Shown piece by piece: positions 28,079 to 52,466 of a stretch of 64,000 nucleotides of DNA. The notes beneath the pieces were generated by a model. That model was not told the origin of the DNA. It did no database searches and worked only from the letters and a program-made list of their open reading frames with translations. Origin of the DNA: Amoebidium appalachense (taxonomy: Eukaryota; Protista; Ichthyosporea); contig CAVNZM010000006.1 in NCBI GenBank assembly GCA_963693365.1, forward strand, positions 3,100,001-3,164,000, written 5' to 3'. The translations under genes and the position numbers were made by a program. The stretch's first letter is position 1; every line of letters starts with the position of its first letter.

Positions 28079-29749
28079 ATACACACACCCACACCCACAC
28101 CCACACACATCAAGAGGACCTAATAAAATAACAGGAAGCTAGCTGTGTTTACCCAGGCATGCAGAAAGATCAGAGAAGTCTAGTATAACCAGCAAAAACT
28201 GACTCAAGAAGCAGAGAAGAAAGCCTTTTTTTTTGGTGTGCGTGTGTGTGTGTGTGTGTGTTGCATCTGTGTGTGTGTGTGTGCACCCCCCCCCCCCCCC
28301 CCCCCCCCCCGCCCCTCCTCCCCCCCTTCCCCCTTCCCCCAAAGGATGTTAGAAATATGCAGTGAAGACATACCGATGATGACTTTGCCAGGCCCAAATG
28401 AATGCCGGTATCTTTCTGCTGGGCACTTTGGTCGCTACCAAACGGTATCTTCTGTGTAGCCCCAGATACAGACGGGGGAGGTTGGGGTGAGGGAGAGGCG
28501 GGTTTGGGCACTCCATTCTGCTGAACTGCAACAGGAGTTGAGGTGGGCGCAGGGGAGATAGCGGGTGTTGTTTCAACTGGTTCCGTGGAGAAATTGGAAA
28601 CCTTAACATGTGATGTCACCCGCCTGACAGTGTCTAACCTGCGTCTGAGCTCTGCGTGCAGTCGAATATCGTCCACACAGGCCCGTTTGGATGCATCCTC
28701 ATACAGTGACCCTGCTTCCTTTCGTTTGTTGAGTTTTTCAAACACAGTGCCTTTGAGGAGAAGGGCGCGGAGGGAGTCGGCATCGTGTGTAAGAGCTTCA
28801 TCAGCATCTTTCAGTGCTCGGCGAATCAGATCGAGAGAAACAAGTGCCTCCCCACGGTTACATAGAAGGTGCACGAGTGTCTGACGCTGCCTGTAAGACG
28901 GGAGAAGGGGGGGAGGGGGGGGGGAGAAGGGGGTTAAAATGTATTCACATAACGGGCAACACAATGCAGAACGGAAACCACACAGAGAGAGCATGCATAA
29001 TAGGCAGAGCCCATCCTCAGGGGGAGTCCAAGCCATCCACAGTATCTGACTTTCGACTCACGGGGAAAATAGATCCTCTCGTGCTCACAATATCAGAGCA
29101 GTCATGCCACTTGCCCCCACGTTGTCCCTCCCCCCCCCTCCCTCCCTCCCCCCCTCCCCCCCCCCCCCCCCCCCCAAAACACACACAAAACAAAAAAAAC
29201 CTCCCCCACCAACATATTTGTTCACCTTTTTCTATCTGGTATTGTGTTTTTATGCCCACGTGTGGGTGTGAGTGCTGGCGCTAGGCGGAAAAAGGAGGGA
29301 CACAGGTGGGTGGGTGGTGGTGGTGGTGGTGGTGTGTGTGTGTGTGTTTGGGGGGGGAGGGAGGGGGGGACGAGGAGAGAGAGAAGGGTCTAAGACGAGT
29401 TCAGAAACATACCAACGATCAACCAAGATTTGTTTTTAAATGAAACGACAGCGTAGAGCTGTTAGATAGGCGTTAACAAAAGATCCCCGGCAATGGGAGG
29501 GAGGCCTCAAAGTCAAGCCAAAAAACAGAGCACACCACGCATGGGTTCGGCATCAAGGAAGATGGTTCCAGGTGAGAAACTAGGAGGAAAAGGGGGTATA
29601 TGCCCAGTAAGGAAACAAATCTCTGGAATTGCACTAGTCACTGCCGAAGTTTTCGTTCGTCTGGTTGCAAACACACGGGCGCACACGGGTGTGCGCACAC
29701 ACATACACACAAACAAGCACATATACACATAAGCGTGTACGCGCGTGCG

Positions 29750-29780
<31 letters not shown>

Positions 29781-29930
29781 AAACAAACAAACCAGCACAT
29801 CCATCCATCCCCCCCCCCCCCCCCCCCCCCCTTCCCTGCCCTTTCTTCTCCCTTCCCCCTTCCGTCCCTTCCTTCTGCCCCTCTTACCCCTTCCCCCCAC
29901 ACCAACGCACACACATCCCCCCTCCCCCCC

Positions 29931-29961
<31 letters not shown>

Positions 29962-30143
29962 AGAGGGAAACCCCACACAGACAAACACACAGGCACACCA
30001 ACATACCTAAACTTTGCCTCGCCCTGTGCGTCCGCAACCGCCTGTGTGACCTCCTTGATCTCTCTGTCGTAATTCTTTATGGCCTGGGAGTAGCTGCCCA
30101 TAACATGGGCCTCTATTCCGGCCTGAAGATTGGCTGAGACCAT
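20470..30143 (-). CDS. TTC13: Tetratricopeptide repeat protein 13-like
   Basis: Exons ~30143-30007, 28890-28374, 27370-27156, 26194-26035, 25364-24999, 24562-24512, 24262-24056, 22967-22678, 22026-21535, 20940-20470. Multiple TPRs plus family motifs [24 protein letters not shown] and [16 protein letters not shown]. One missing base in the G-run at 22896-22900. Confidence 0.88.
24272..24505. repeat. 37-bp minisatellite, ~6.3 copies, filling intron 24263-24511
   Basis: Unit GTACTGTGTGCATATGCAAACAGTGGTCAGTATGCGT starting at 24272, 24309, 24346, 24383, 24420, 24457 and 24494. Confidence 0.95.
27564..27763 (-). mobile_element. Dispersed repeat family X, long copy (TTC13 intron)
   Basis: Reverse complement matches CCCATGTTCAAGTGAAAC..CTGAGTTGGGTTTCGTTGACGAGGTGAA..GATGGGCTCTGCTT..GACGCATTCAAAC. 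Confidence 0.8.
28935..29062 (-). mobile_element. Dispersed repeat family X copy (TTC13 intron 1)
   Basis: Reverse complement contains CTGTGGATGG..CCCCCCTGAGGATGGGCTCTGCCTATTATGCATGC. Confidence 0.75.
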
Positions 30144-31641
30144 GTTGGTGCCAACCATGCCAGGTGCACGCCACTGCAGCGATAAGTGTGTGAATCAACA
30201 ACAAAGATGGAGCTAACCTATTAACACACACGGCAAATTTGAGCTGTCGACTCCTTGCTAACCAGAGCTGTAGTTTCAGAGCAGAAAAGGTCAAACCAGG
30301 AGCATAATGTGCGTTTCAACAGTAAGTAGAGAGGTAATAGAGCCAAAGGTGAGCTTGAGGTGGTAAAGACAAGGAAAGACCAACACAGAACACTCACCTG
30401 GCTTCACCGCGGAGGTTAGTTGGCTTCCCACTTGGCTTTTAAGTCAGCTTTACAGGATTTGCTTGCGAATTACTGAACTATACGTCCTACAACACGACTG
30501 CCACGCTAATCCGTCTTAAGCCTGCAACAATAAACCCTACCAGAACACACAAATGTATGCGTTACTCACGCAAACACAACCGACCCACTGTGGCAAAAGT
30601 TTGTCCCGTCACGGTGTTTCTTGTCACGACGTCTGTGGAAGGAAAAGGGCGCGCAGCTGCAGAGCAACACATGGATGACGCAATCGGCAAAGAGCGTAAA
30701 TGCCCCAACCACTTTGCTCCAATATATTTGTTTTGTTTAATTATATGCACCATTTTAGGCAATTACATAATATCCATCAGGCAGTCTCAACATCTTAATA
30801 TCATGCATAAGAAATTCCGTTGTTCTTTCTCTCTCCGCTTGACTGTTCGAACGTTCCTGGTGTCGTGCTGTTTCGTGCACGGGCCACAGGGTCGTGGTTG
30901 ATGCTAATTAGACCTATTTTGATCTACATGGCACACACAGACTAGTAATTTTGCAGTAGTAGGAACACCCACTATACATAATAAGTTACTCATATGGCTT
31001 GCTCCCACCCTGTGACCCAGCTTGTGTATTATCCACTTTCCTCCAATTCACAGTTCCAAGACGCACGGAATTGTTTTCCTCCCCTGCAACCCAAGCAGCA
31101 TCCCTAATGTTCCTCCCCCCATCCTTTCTCCCTCCCCCCTTAACTCTCCCCTTCTCTGAATTCCCGGCCTTTAACCGCACCTTTATACGTTACTCCCCCC
31201 CCCCCCCCCTCCCTCCCTCCCCCCCCCTCCCCCCCCCCCCCCCCTCCCCCGCCCACGCACACACACAACCACACACGCATCATCACACACCGCCCTCAAC
31301 CGTTCTTACCACATGGGGAGACTGAAAGATCAGGAGCTAACATCAGGTCAATAAGCAAGTAAAGCAAGTCATCATAGTATTGTATGGCTGTGTCCAGAAA
31401 ACAGTCTTCATAGGTGAGGTATTCTCCCCAAATTTTATTTTTACCTAGCGTAGCCAGTACTACCAGGACTATTAATAATTACTAAAATTAGGTCTATAGT
31501 TAAATATTATTACCCATAATATACTTATTAGACAGTTTGAGCTCTGGGCCAGCCAAACGCTCTTTCTTTATATCTTTATACATCAGTGCATACTTTGCAC
31601 TTTTCATCGCACGTTATGTAAAATACACAAACCTGCGCGGT

Positions 31642-32787
31642 TTAAAAAACAGTTTGGCGAATGGCATCATTTGAAGAGTGGAAAGACGACATGATACTGC
31701 TGCGACGGCGGTAACCAGGGAAAGACCCGTTACACTGGTCGCTGACACCATAACGGTGTGACTTGGGTGAAGAAAAAAAGGGACTGCGGTTCAAAGAAGT
31801 GCTAAACGACTGGCGCCGGGGCACATCCGGGGAAGGCGAAGCAGAGGACACGGCACCGTCACTCTCATCGGTGGTCAGGTTTGAACCGTCATCGTCACTG
31901 TCGACAAGAATCTCAAGCAAGCGCTGACCAGCAGACTCGATCTCCTCTGCAAGATCGTTCTTTGTGTCGGCTCCCGTCTCCTCCTCCTCGAAAATGCTCG
32001 AGTTAGTTTCGTTAAGAATCATGCTCTTGGCGAGTGCGTTGCCCAGGGTAGGAGTCATCCAAATATTCATCTTGCTGTGAGCAGAAGGACGGCGTGTGGC
32101 CTCAGACTCTCCCTCGGTCTTTTCGTCTCCCTCCAGATGCTGCTTGAACTGGTTGTATTTCTCGATAGCAATGGAGAGGCGCCGGCGCGCTCCTTTCGTG
32201 TTGATACCGATGGCTGCAAGTTCAGCTTCGTCCATTTTAAGGAGCTTTTCCAAGGTGATGCCCTGCTTCTGGAGCGAAGATGTGTATTTGTGCAGGCGCA
32301 CAAGGCGCAAGAAAGAGGAGATATCATACACCCACTCGTTGGTAAAGTCGATGGTGTCCATAGAGTGCCTGCGCCTATGGCTCTCTTCCTCTGCACCAGT
32401 GTTTGAACCTGGCTGTGCCAAACTTGCCTGAAAAAGCTGGTCGGTGCTAGCGGCCGAAAGCCCACGGACACTGCTCGGTCTGGCCATCTCCGGGGAAGTG
32501 GGGAGCTGGGGTTGGTATTGCATCCTCTCAGAAGCACCAAAACCACTAAAAGATGTCCGGCGTGCTTGCTGGTAAGAATCTGTAGGGGCTATGTTGGGTG
32601 CATAGCTGCTAACGCCCAGGTTCACGCGTGGTAGCATGTTTACTGAGTGTGGTGGTGATGTGGACAGTGTCTGTTGTCCGAAGGACTGTGAACGGGGTTT
32701 CCCATATCTAAGCTGCCTAGGCGCATCCATGGAGCCTGAATCAAGACTGGCACGGGGACGATAGTGGTTGTTGCTAGACAGGTACAT
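31642..32787 (-). CDS. Vts1/Smaug-like RNA-binding SAM-domain protein, single exon
   Basis: 381-aa ORF with SAM motif ISSFLRLVRLHKYT..LEKLLKMDEAELAAIGINTKGARRRL, matching the Smaug/Vts1 signature LRLHKY..GARRK; many RRxS motifs. Confidence 0.85.
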   Translation of the reverse strand: MYLSSNNHYRPRASLDSGSMDAPRQLRYGKPRSQSFGQQTLSTSPPHSVNMLPRVNLGVSSYAPNIAPTDSYQQARRTSFSGFGASERMQYQPQLPTSPEMARPSSVRGLSAASTDQLFQASLAQPGSNTGAEEESHRRRHSMDTIDFTNEWVYDISSFLRLVRLHKYTSSLQKQGITLEKLLKMDEAELAAIGINTKGARRRLSIAIEKYNQFKQHLEGDEKTEGESEATRRPSAHSKMNIWMTPTLGNALAKSMILNETNSSIFEEEETGADTKNDLAEEIESAGQRLLEILVDSDDDGSNLTTDESDGAVSSASPSPDVPRRQSFSTSLNRSPFFSSPKSHRYGVSDQCNGSFPGYRRRSSIMSSFHSSNDAIRQTVF

Positions 32788-32936
32788 GTTTGCTGTGTTT
32801 GTATACGTCTAAGCTATCAAAAGTCACGGTAGATAAAGACTGCCTTTATGGAGTTTTATGAAAAGCGTTGCGGTAGAAAAATGTTGTTATTTCAACTCGA
32901 GTCTGATTGTTCGGAGGATGAAACCAGTGCAGTCGT

Positions 32937-33030
32937 CCTTATATACTGGCGGCGGTGGCTCAGCTTCTTGTGCACGCTCACCCGCACAAAAGCGGTCAGG
33001 TGCTATTTTCACTCTATTCATCTGATTGGT
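32937..33030 (-). promoter_or_regulatory. Putative TATA and CCAAT boxes of the SAM gene
   Basis: Minus-strand GTATATAAGG ~155 bp upstream of the ATG and CCAATCAG ~85 bp further upstream. Confidence 0.5.
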
Positions 33031-35314
33031 TGATGTTTGCTGATAAGCAGAAGAGTTGGAGTCCCAGGGTAAGCCGTTCCTGACAACTCTTGTTTAATTG
33101 GTCTTTTAACATCTTTATGTGCATGAAAAAGCAAAATATATCTTTAATTATGCTTATAACAATCATGATGCACTAAGTCATTGTTTATTGCATGCATGAT
33201 ATCATTTATTGCGTCTGGGGCCAGAGTCGTTCGGGTGAACACCAACAATACATCACACCGATTGGATTTAAATCATATTCTATAGTAACCGCATGGGGGC
33301 TCAACTTCTTAGCAACCCGTGATACCCAGAACAACTGCTGCAGTGCCGTGCCTTCCAGCGTTTAGTTTCTATCAGGGCTAGAAATTACATTTTAGGATTA
33401 CTGTATTCAAGTTGGCACCTGGTGGATCGCCTCCTATTTTTGCCCGGAGATATTTTCCTTTTTAGTTCCCTATATCTATCCGATAAATGTATACCTATCC
33501 GGCACCGGGGGGCCAAACGTATGATTCATTGGCAATATATATCATAATCTTGCGTTTATATTACTATGATATGCATCTCCTCACAGTTATTCCCAACAAT
33601 CATGTGTCCATTATGTTTGAGGGCAAGTTGCTACGTTTGCTGCTCCTTTCGAGCCTCACCAATTTTAGCTAAGCCGTCTGTTGAACTTTATATCTCTGAA
33701 AATTTGTAGACTGAATGCAAAACAAAATAGAACAAGCCCAGGAAGCACACTAAATTTGATATTGAGTGGATATTACAATCTGCATTTTCCAACTTCCTTG
33801 TCTGGCAATTGACTGGTCACGAGATATACAAGAAATGCGGTATTGAGATAACTTTTGCGTTATTGCAAGTTCCAGTGTTTTCCCAGGAAAAAACCCAGAG
33901 TTAAATCTTTGGGCGGTTCAAAGGGCCCTGGAGGCTGTGGGGGGGAGGGGAGGGAATGTAAGGGGCGGAACAGAGTCCTTTTATTTTACTTCCTCAGCCT
34001 CCAACTCAGGTGGAACTATTGTAAGTCCCAGGCTTTACTGGTACTTTTTAAAAATTAACGGTATATTTACTTCCGAAAACAGTGTAATTTCCTGCCCTAG
34101 TTTCTATTGAGTATATTGTACAAGCACTAAACGCACACACACTCAAAACAGCCCGTTTTATCATTGCTGAGTTTCTGGGACAGTGGGACGATGAACGATT
34201 CTTGCTAGTGGAAGGAATGGTCGCTGCGAAGGCACGCGCGCGAGCGGCCAGCGCAAGTACCTGGGAGCCGGTCAGCGGCCGGCGCACGGCTGCAGCGGCG
34301 CAGCCTGCCGAACACCGAGGTACGCATTGGGTACAGTAGCTACAGTAGCGCATAATCATCCTCGTTTGCAACCCTAAACCATAAGAAGTGGAACGACAAG
34401 CACTGTTTCTACTGACACATCCACTTATGGCAGATTCAAGTATCTTATTCGCTTCCCTAAGGCGTTCGACTTGCGAACCTGTCCGACGTCGAAGGAGGGG
34501 CTTCAACAAATCAGCAGCGCGATGATGTTTCATTGGCCCGATTAGTAAGACATTTTCTGGTTGGCTATCATGAGCCATGTAGTTGTATCCCCATTAAGCA
34601 GTGACTGAAATTCAAAATATCTCTTATTTTTGGGAGCGATCATTGTTGTGAATTGAAATAAAAATAAACATAAGCATTATAAAAATTTTAAAACCATATA
34701 TATGTCGATAGATATTTCTTTAAGGTCAGAAATATCTTGAATATTGTCTCTGTCTATGTTTTGTTCAAACAGCTGTGTTTCCGATCCCCCCAATAGGGAG
34801 TATAGGGGGATCATGTCCTGGAACGATGAAATTATGTAAATCTAGCATAGATCTGTTGGTATTATATTATTATAAAATATCTGTAATCTTTGGAAGGCTT
34901 TTTTTAATCATGAATAAAGGTTAGTTATATCCAAGACCTGAGCTATCAAATTTATGTAAATTACGGATGACTACACACAATATGAACATTTCGAATCCCA
35001 TAACACAGGGCTCGAACGTTAGCATTACACGTGTACTTTTCCGTGTAGGTAGCAAAGTGGTGGCACAGCTGCAGTGAGTGTAGCTCTGCATAGCCGCGGT
35101 TTACTTGTCTACGGTCGACAGTCTATTTTATAATTAGTCGACTCTGATAGCTTCATTTACAGGATGTCCTATATAGGTGTATAAGCATGCAAGTGTAAGT
35201 GTATTAGCATCCAATTATGAAACATGTTGAGTGTCACCATTGTTTGAAACGAAACTCAAGGAGCAAAGGTGCATAAGCCAACCTTGCTAGAGAGCTCCGC
35301 GCTCAACCGGAAAG

Positions 35315-48269
<12,955 letters not shown>

Positions 48270-48832
48270 ATCAAGTGTATGAGCGACGAGTGTTGTATTT
48301 GCATCGAGGGTGAATATTATGTTATTCTGTTGTGGTACATGTATCTGCGAATGCTCTGTCTAATCATGAATCATACATCCATTTTTCTGTTTCTTGGACC
48401 ACGGTGGTATGCGTATGTATTAGAGTTTTTCGGGTTTGTTGATATACAGTGATGCGCGTACTACATAATGGGCTTGTGCAGTGGTTTACACTTACGAGGA
48501 TTTAAAATGCATGTGATATGAATGAATGAATGAATAAATTCTGACGAGTTAATGTTTCGCTCGCGATCGAGTCCCGCTGTGCATTGGGTTTGGTTAGGTA
48601 CCAGCATGCCTTGAGTTCTGAGTCGCGTGGTGTCAGCGTACAGACAGCTCGATGTATAATAGGCTGTGTAATTTTCTATTTGATCGTCATCTTACGCAAG
48701 TTGCCTATTAGTCCCAGCCCATGGATCAACAAGTTGAACCCAAGTACTTGAACATGTTTGCAAGCCAGTGGGCTGCAGCTTTGGCAGTTTTATGTAGTCA
48801 ATATATATTTTCATTTTTCCTCAATCTTCGTC

Positions 48833-48905
48833 GCCGGCTTAGCATAGTGGTTATTGCGCTGGTCTTGTAAACCAGAGGTCCCCAGTTCAATTCTGGGAGT
48901 CGGCT
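48833..48905 (+). tRNA. tRNA-Thr (anticodon TGT), intronless
   Basis: Acceptor stem GCCGGCT/AGTCGGC, D arm GCATAGTGGTTATTGC, anticodon stem CTGGT/ACCAG with loop CTTGTAA, T arm CCCAG-TTCAATT-CTGGG. Confidence 0.95.
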
Positions 48906-48909
48906 ATCC

Positions 48910-48938
48910 TTTTTTCTTTCTCTCTTTTTTTTTTTTTT
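48910..48938 (+). terminator. Pol III oligo(T) terminator of tRNA-Thr
   Basis: T6 and longer T runs immediately downstream of the tRNA. Confidence 0.8.
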
Positions 48939-50006
48939 AACCAGGGCCCGCCACCCTCACATATATACCGTGAGTACAATGTATTTTAGTGTTGTCTACC
49001 GACTCACTGTAAGTTTTCCAAAGGCTCCGAGTACATCTGCCCAGCCAAAGAATCACACTACTCACTTTTTCATGGTTGCTGTCACACATATGACGTACAT
49101 TGATATAATACATGTCCATTCCAAATTTAAAGGCTTCGAGCACGAGTACGTCTGCCCCGCCAAAGGCGAGGCTGTATCGATATCCGATACTACTTGCTAG
49201 TTAATAATAATAGGCCAGGCTGGTATGTATTTTTGCGAATGAGTAAGATTCTTGATTCGAGTGTGATCGGATGACCAAGTTGTGTTTATGTTTTGCCATC
49301 CGACTGGTCACATAGCAGTATTGCCGTTTTAATAATATTATTAATAAACAAGTAATATTATTACACGTGTTTTATGTGCGCACTGTATCATACTACTACT
49401 GCGGCTCCAGGTATCACAGATATCTCAGAGAAGAAAATACAAAAATGCCTTACTCACGGATACGGAGGAGATAATGATTAAGATAATCATGTACCCGAGA
49501 AAACTCAGTAAACAGATAGTCAATATTGCAAATGTTACTTATGACATGTGATGCACACGGTTTTCAACGAGATTAATAAAACTATTTGACCATTGAAAGT
49601 GAAACAAAGAGAGAGACGCCATGTATGTACGTATATATATATATGTGTGTGCGTCCCCGCCTCTATGTACACCTCAGGCTACTACGTATATACACGTGAT
49701 ATGTATCACCGTGATACAGGATATATATATGTGGTGTTACCGGAGTTAAATTAATCCAGGCCCTTGTGTCTGTGTTAGTAAACCTGACTCACGACGTGCG
49801 ATTGGCTAGCCGGCTACAGATCGTTCACAATGAATTTAAAATACACACACACAGTAGTACCGTGCAGGGCATGAAAAGGCCTTGCTCGAGCCCATGGCGG
49901 GACATTGAATTTTAGGACGGAAGATAAAATGTGGGGTGGTCCACATAAATTGTTCAGGTTGTCAACCAATTGGTTGTGAACTTGTGTGCCAACTGTGTGT
50001 ACTACA

Positions 50007-50169
<163 letters not shown>

Positions 50170-50377
50170 CTGTGTGTGTGTGTTGGGGGGGGGGGGGGGG
50201 GGGGGGGGGAGGCTGAGTGAGCTCGGGAGGGGGAGGGGGGGAGGGGGGGGGTAAATCTGGCACACGCCCATTGCATGCATGTACGCCTGCCAGTGTGACT
50301 GTGACACTGTCTGACTGTGACTCTCGCGCAGAGCGGCAGGAGCGGCGCTGCGCCGGCCGGCAGCTGCCGCTCATGAG

Positions 50378-50400
50378 TACGGCCATCTAGGATGGCCGTG
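50378..50400. mobile_element. Short transposon footprint without a matching TSD
   Basis: TACGGCCATCTAG GATGGCCGTG; same TIR as the other footprints, but the flanks differ. Confidence 0.65.
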
Positions 50401-50575
50401 ATCCTGACCTATAGGTGTGCACGGCCATCTAGAAACACCTAGATGGCCGTGAGGTGTGTTATACAGTACGATCTGTGTCTAGGCGGAAGACGGTAAGCTC
50501 CCCTGAGGCTAGGCAGTGCCTCGCTGGGAGTGAAGCGGGATAAAATAAAATAAAAAAATAAAAAATATAAAAAAG
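50401..50575 (+). mobile_element. Retroposon (SINE/LINE) 3' end with (TAAAA)n tail
   Basis: Paralogous to 55641-55775; contains stem-loop CTCCC..GAGGC..GCCTC..GGGAG followed by an A-rich tail. Confidence 0.7.
50413..50458. mobile_element. Transposon footprint with 7-bp TSD inside a retroposon 3' end
   Basis: AGGTGTG-[CACGGCCATCTAGAAACACCT AGATGGCCGTG]-AGGTGTG; the paralog at 55641-55670 lacks the insert and carries a single GAGTGTG. Confidence 0.85.
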
Positions 50576-50660
50576 GTCCTCACAAAAAAAAAGTCTACCC
50601 GTCCCCGGCTGCGTTTGGCGCGAAACGGTTCCACCCATTTTTGCCTGTACGCTGGGCACG

Positions 50661-50717
50661 CACCAGGGCACGGCCATCTAGAAACACAGGTGTTTCTAGA
50701 TGGCCATGACACCAGGG
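50661..50717. mobile_element. Transposon footprint with ~8-bp TSD
   Basis: CACCAGGG-[CACGGCCATCTAGAAACAC AGGTGTTTCTAGATGGCCATG]-A-CACCAGGG. Confidence 0.8.
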
Positions 50718-50730
50718 CTAAGAATCGCAT

Positions 50731-52147
50731 GTGACGTTAGGTCTCTTGCAGGGTTCATTGCTTAGCCCCTTTTTGTTTAACCTATTTATAGATGATTTGG
50801 CTGTCAAGATTTACGCCGAAAACGATGACCCTATTAATAACTTTCCGCCTGCACTTCTCTATGCTGATGATCTGTCCCTCCTTGCCCGTACCCCTAGACG
50901 CCTGCAAAGATTGTTCGATGTAGTGTCAGAGTGGTGCAAGGCAAACCTTATGATCCTTAACATAGACAAATGTGGTGTTCTTGTACCTGATATAGCTAAC
51001 AATTTACACACATTTACATTATCATCTAAACCTGTACCTATAGTTCCAGAATACAAATATCTTGGTGTTCCGGTTGATTCTGTTGGTGTTATGTTTCCCC
51101 ATATGGTCGAAAAGAGGGTAGAGTTGGCTCGTAAGCGGTTAGCTTTCTTCTCGGCTAATATTTTTAAAGACACACCCCTCCATCCTTCTATTAGACTTAC
51201 ATTTATTCGCACTTTTGTCTTCCCGGCATGTGAATATGGTTTACCCCTTCTCACCGCTTGGATCAAGAAAGAGAGAACTAGAGCGCTTAAACCCTTGGCA
51301 AATTTCCTTGAAGCAGAAGTTGCCTCCTTTCTATCTAACAACTGTTGTAAACCTGGGCCTGTAACGCTCTCGATATATGGTCTGGTCCCAATAGCTGCTA
51401 GAGTATCCTATCTCGCGCTGAAATTCAATAAGCACATAAGCCGCTTAAAGAAGTATTTGCCCTCCCACCCTCTCTTCTCTATCCGACCTGTCCCCTCCTC
51501 ACCTCTCCCCTCTTTCCTCCCCTCTCTCTCCCCTTCTCCCCTGGGCACAAATACAAATAAACCCCGCAATAGTGTGTGTGTGACTTTGGACTGCCACTTA
51601 CTTATTAAACATGCACACAATCACAAGATAATCACGCAATATAACAAATGGAAAAAGATACCACACGACACTAGACCCGATGAAAGCATACACCTTGAAA
51701 AACTAAGCCTTATGTCTCGTTCTATATATACTGACCGCCTCAACCATATTGCCAAATATGGCACTCGCAAATGTATAACACCTAAATACATATTACCTTC
51801 CTGTAGAACTGGTCTTTCTCTAGCTGATGGTATTATTGATCAATTACCACGCTTTTACTGTACACGTGCTATACAGTGGAGATCTAATAAGTATAAGGTG
51901 GCATCATTTGCATGCCCAAACAACACACACACACACCAGTTTAACCGGTCATGTATCGCCAAATGTAGTTTGATAGACCACATAATACCGCAACACACAC
52001 ACGTCACATTCACAACAGACACCCAGAAAGATAGCCTACCTGTAAATTACAACATCCTTGATTTTATACTAAACACGCGTAACTACGACCTGTTTATTAG
52101 ATGTATTGATTGGCTTGAGAAACACATCACTACAAAATTATAGCGCA

Positions 52148-52194
<47 letters not shown>

Positions 52195-52226
52195 CCAGCT
52201 GATACCGAGTGTCCCGAGGGGAGCCC

Positions 52227-52271
<45 letters not shown>
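50731..52271 (+). mobile_element. 5'-truncated non-LTR retrotransposon (RT ORF 50731-52143, poly(A) tail ~52231-52271)
   Basis: RT motifs GLLQGSLLSPFLFNLFIDDL, LLYADDL, LNIDKC and YKYLGV; C-terminal Cys/His cluster CPNNTH..FNRSCIAKC; ORF begins mid-RT with no true start; ~40-nt poly(A). Confidence 0.9.
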
Positions 52272-52272
<1 letters not shown>

Positions 52273-52466
52273 GGGGAACCCCAACTAATTGATTTCTCCT
52301 TGTAGTCTTTATGGTGTCTCGTAGAGAAAGTAAACCCTGATATATAGTCACCACCCGACATCTATGTACGTGATCATGATATACCGCTGAGGGGATATTC
52401 CGAGAAAAACCCCCCCCCCATACCTGAGACTGGTTCTCTTTGCCTCGAGTAAACAGCGTAAACCCC

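Noticed and set aside
34048-34578. 176-aa minus-strand ORF spanning a GC-rich island
   Set aside because: No motifs and not protein-like; probably promoter or repeat DNA between divergent genes.
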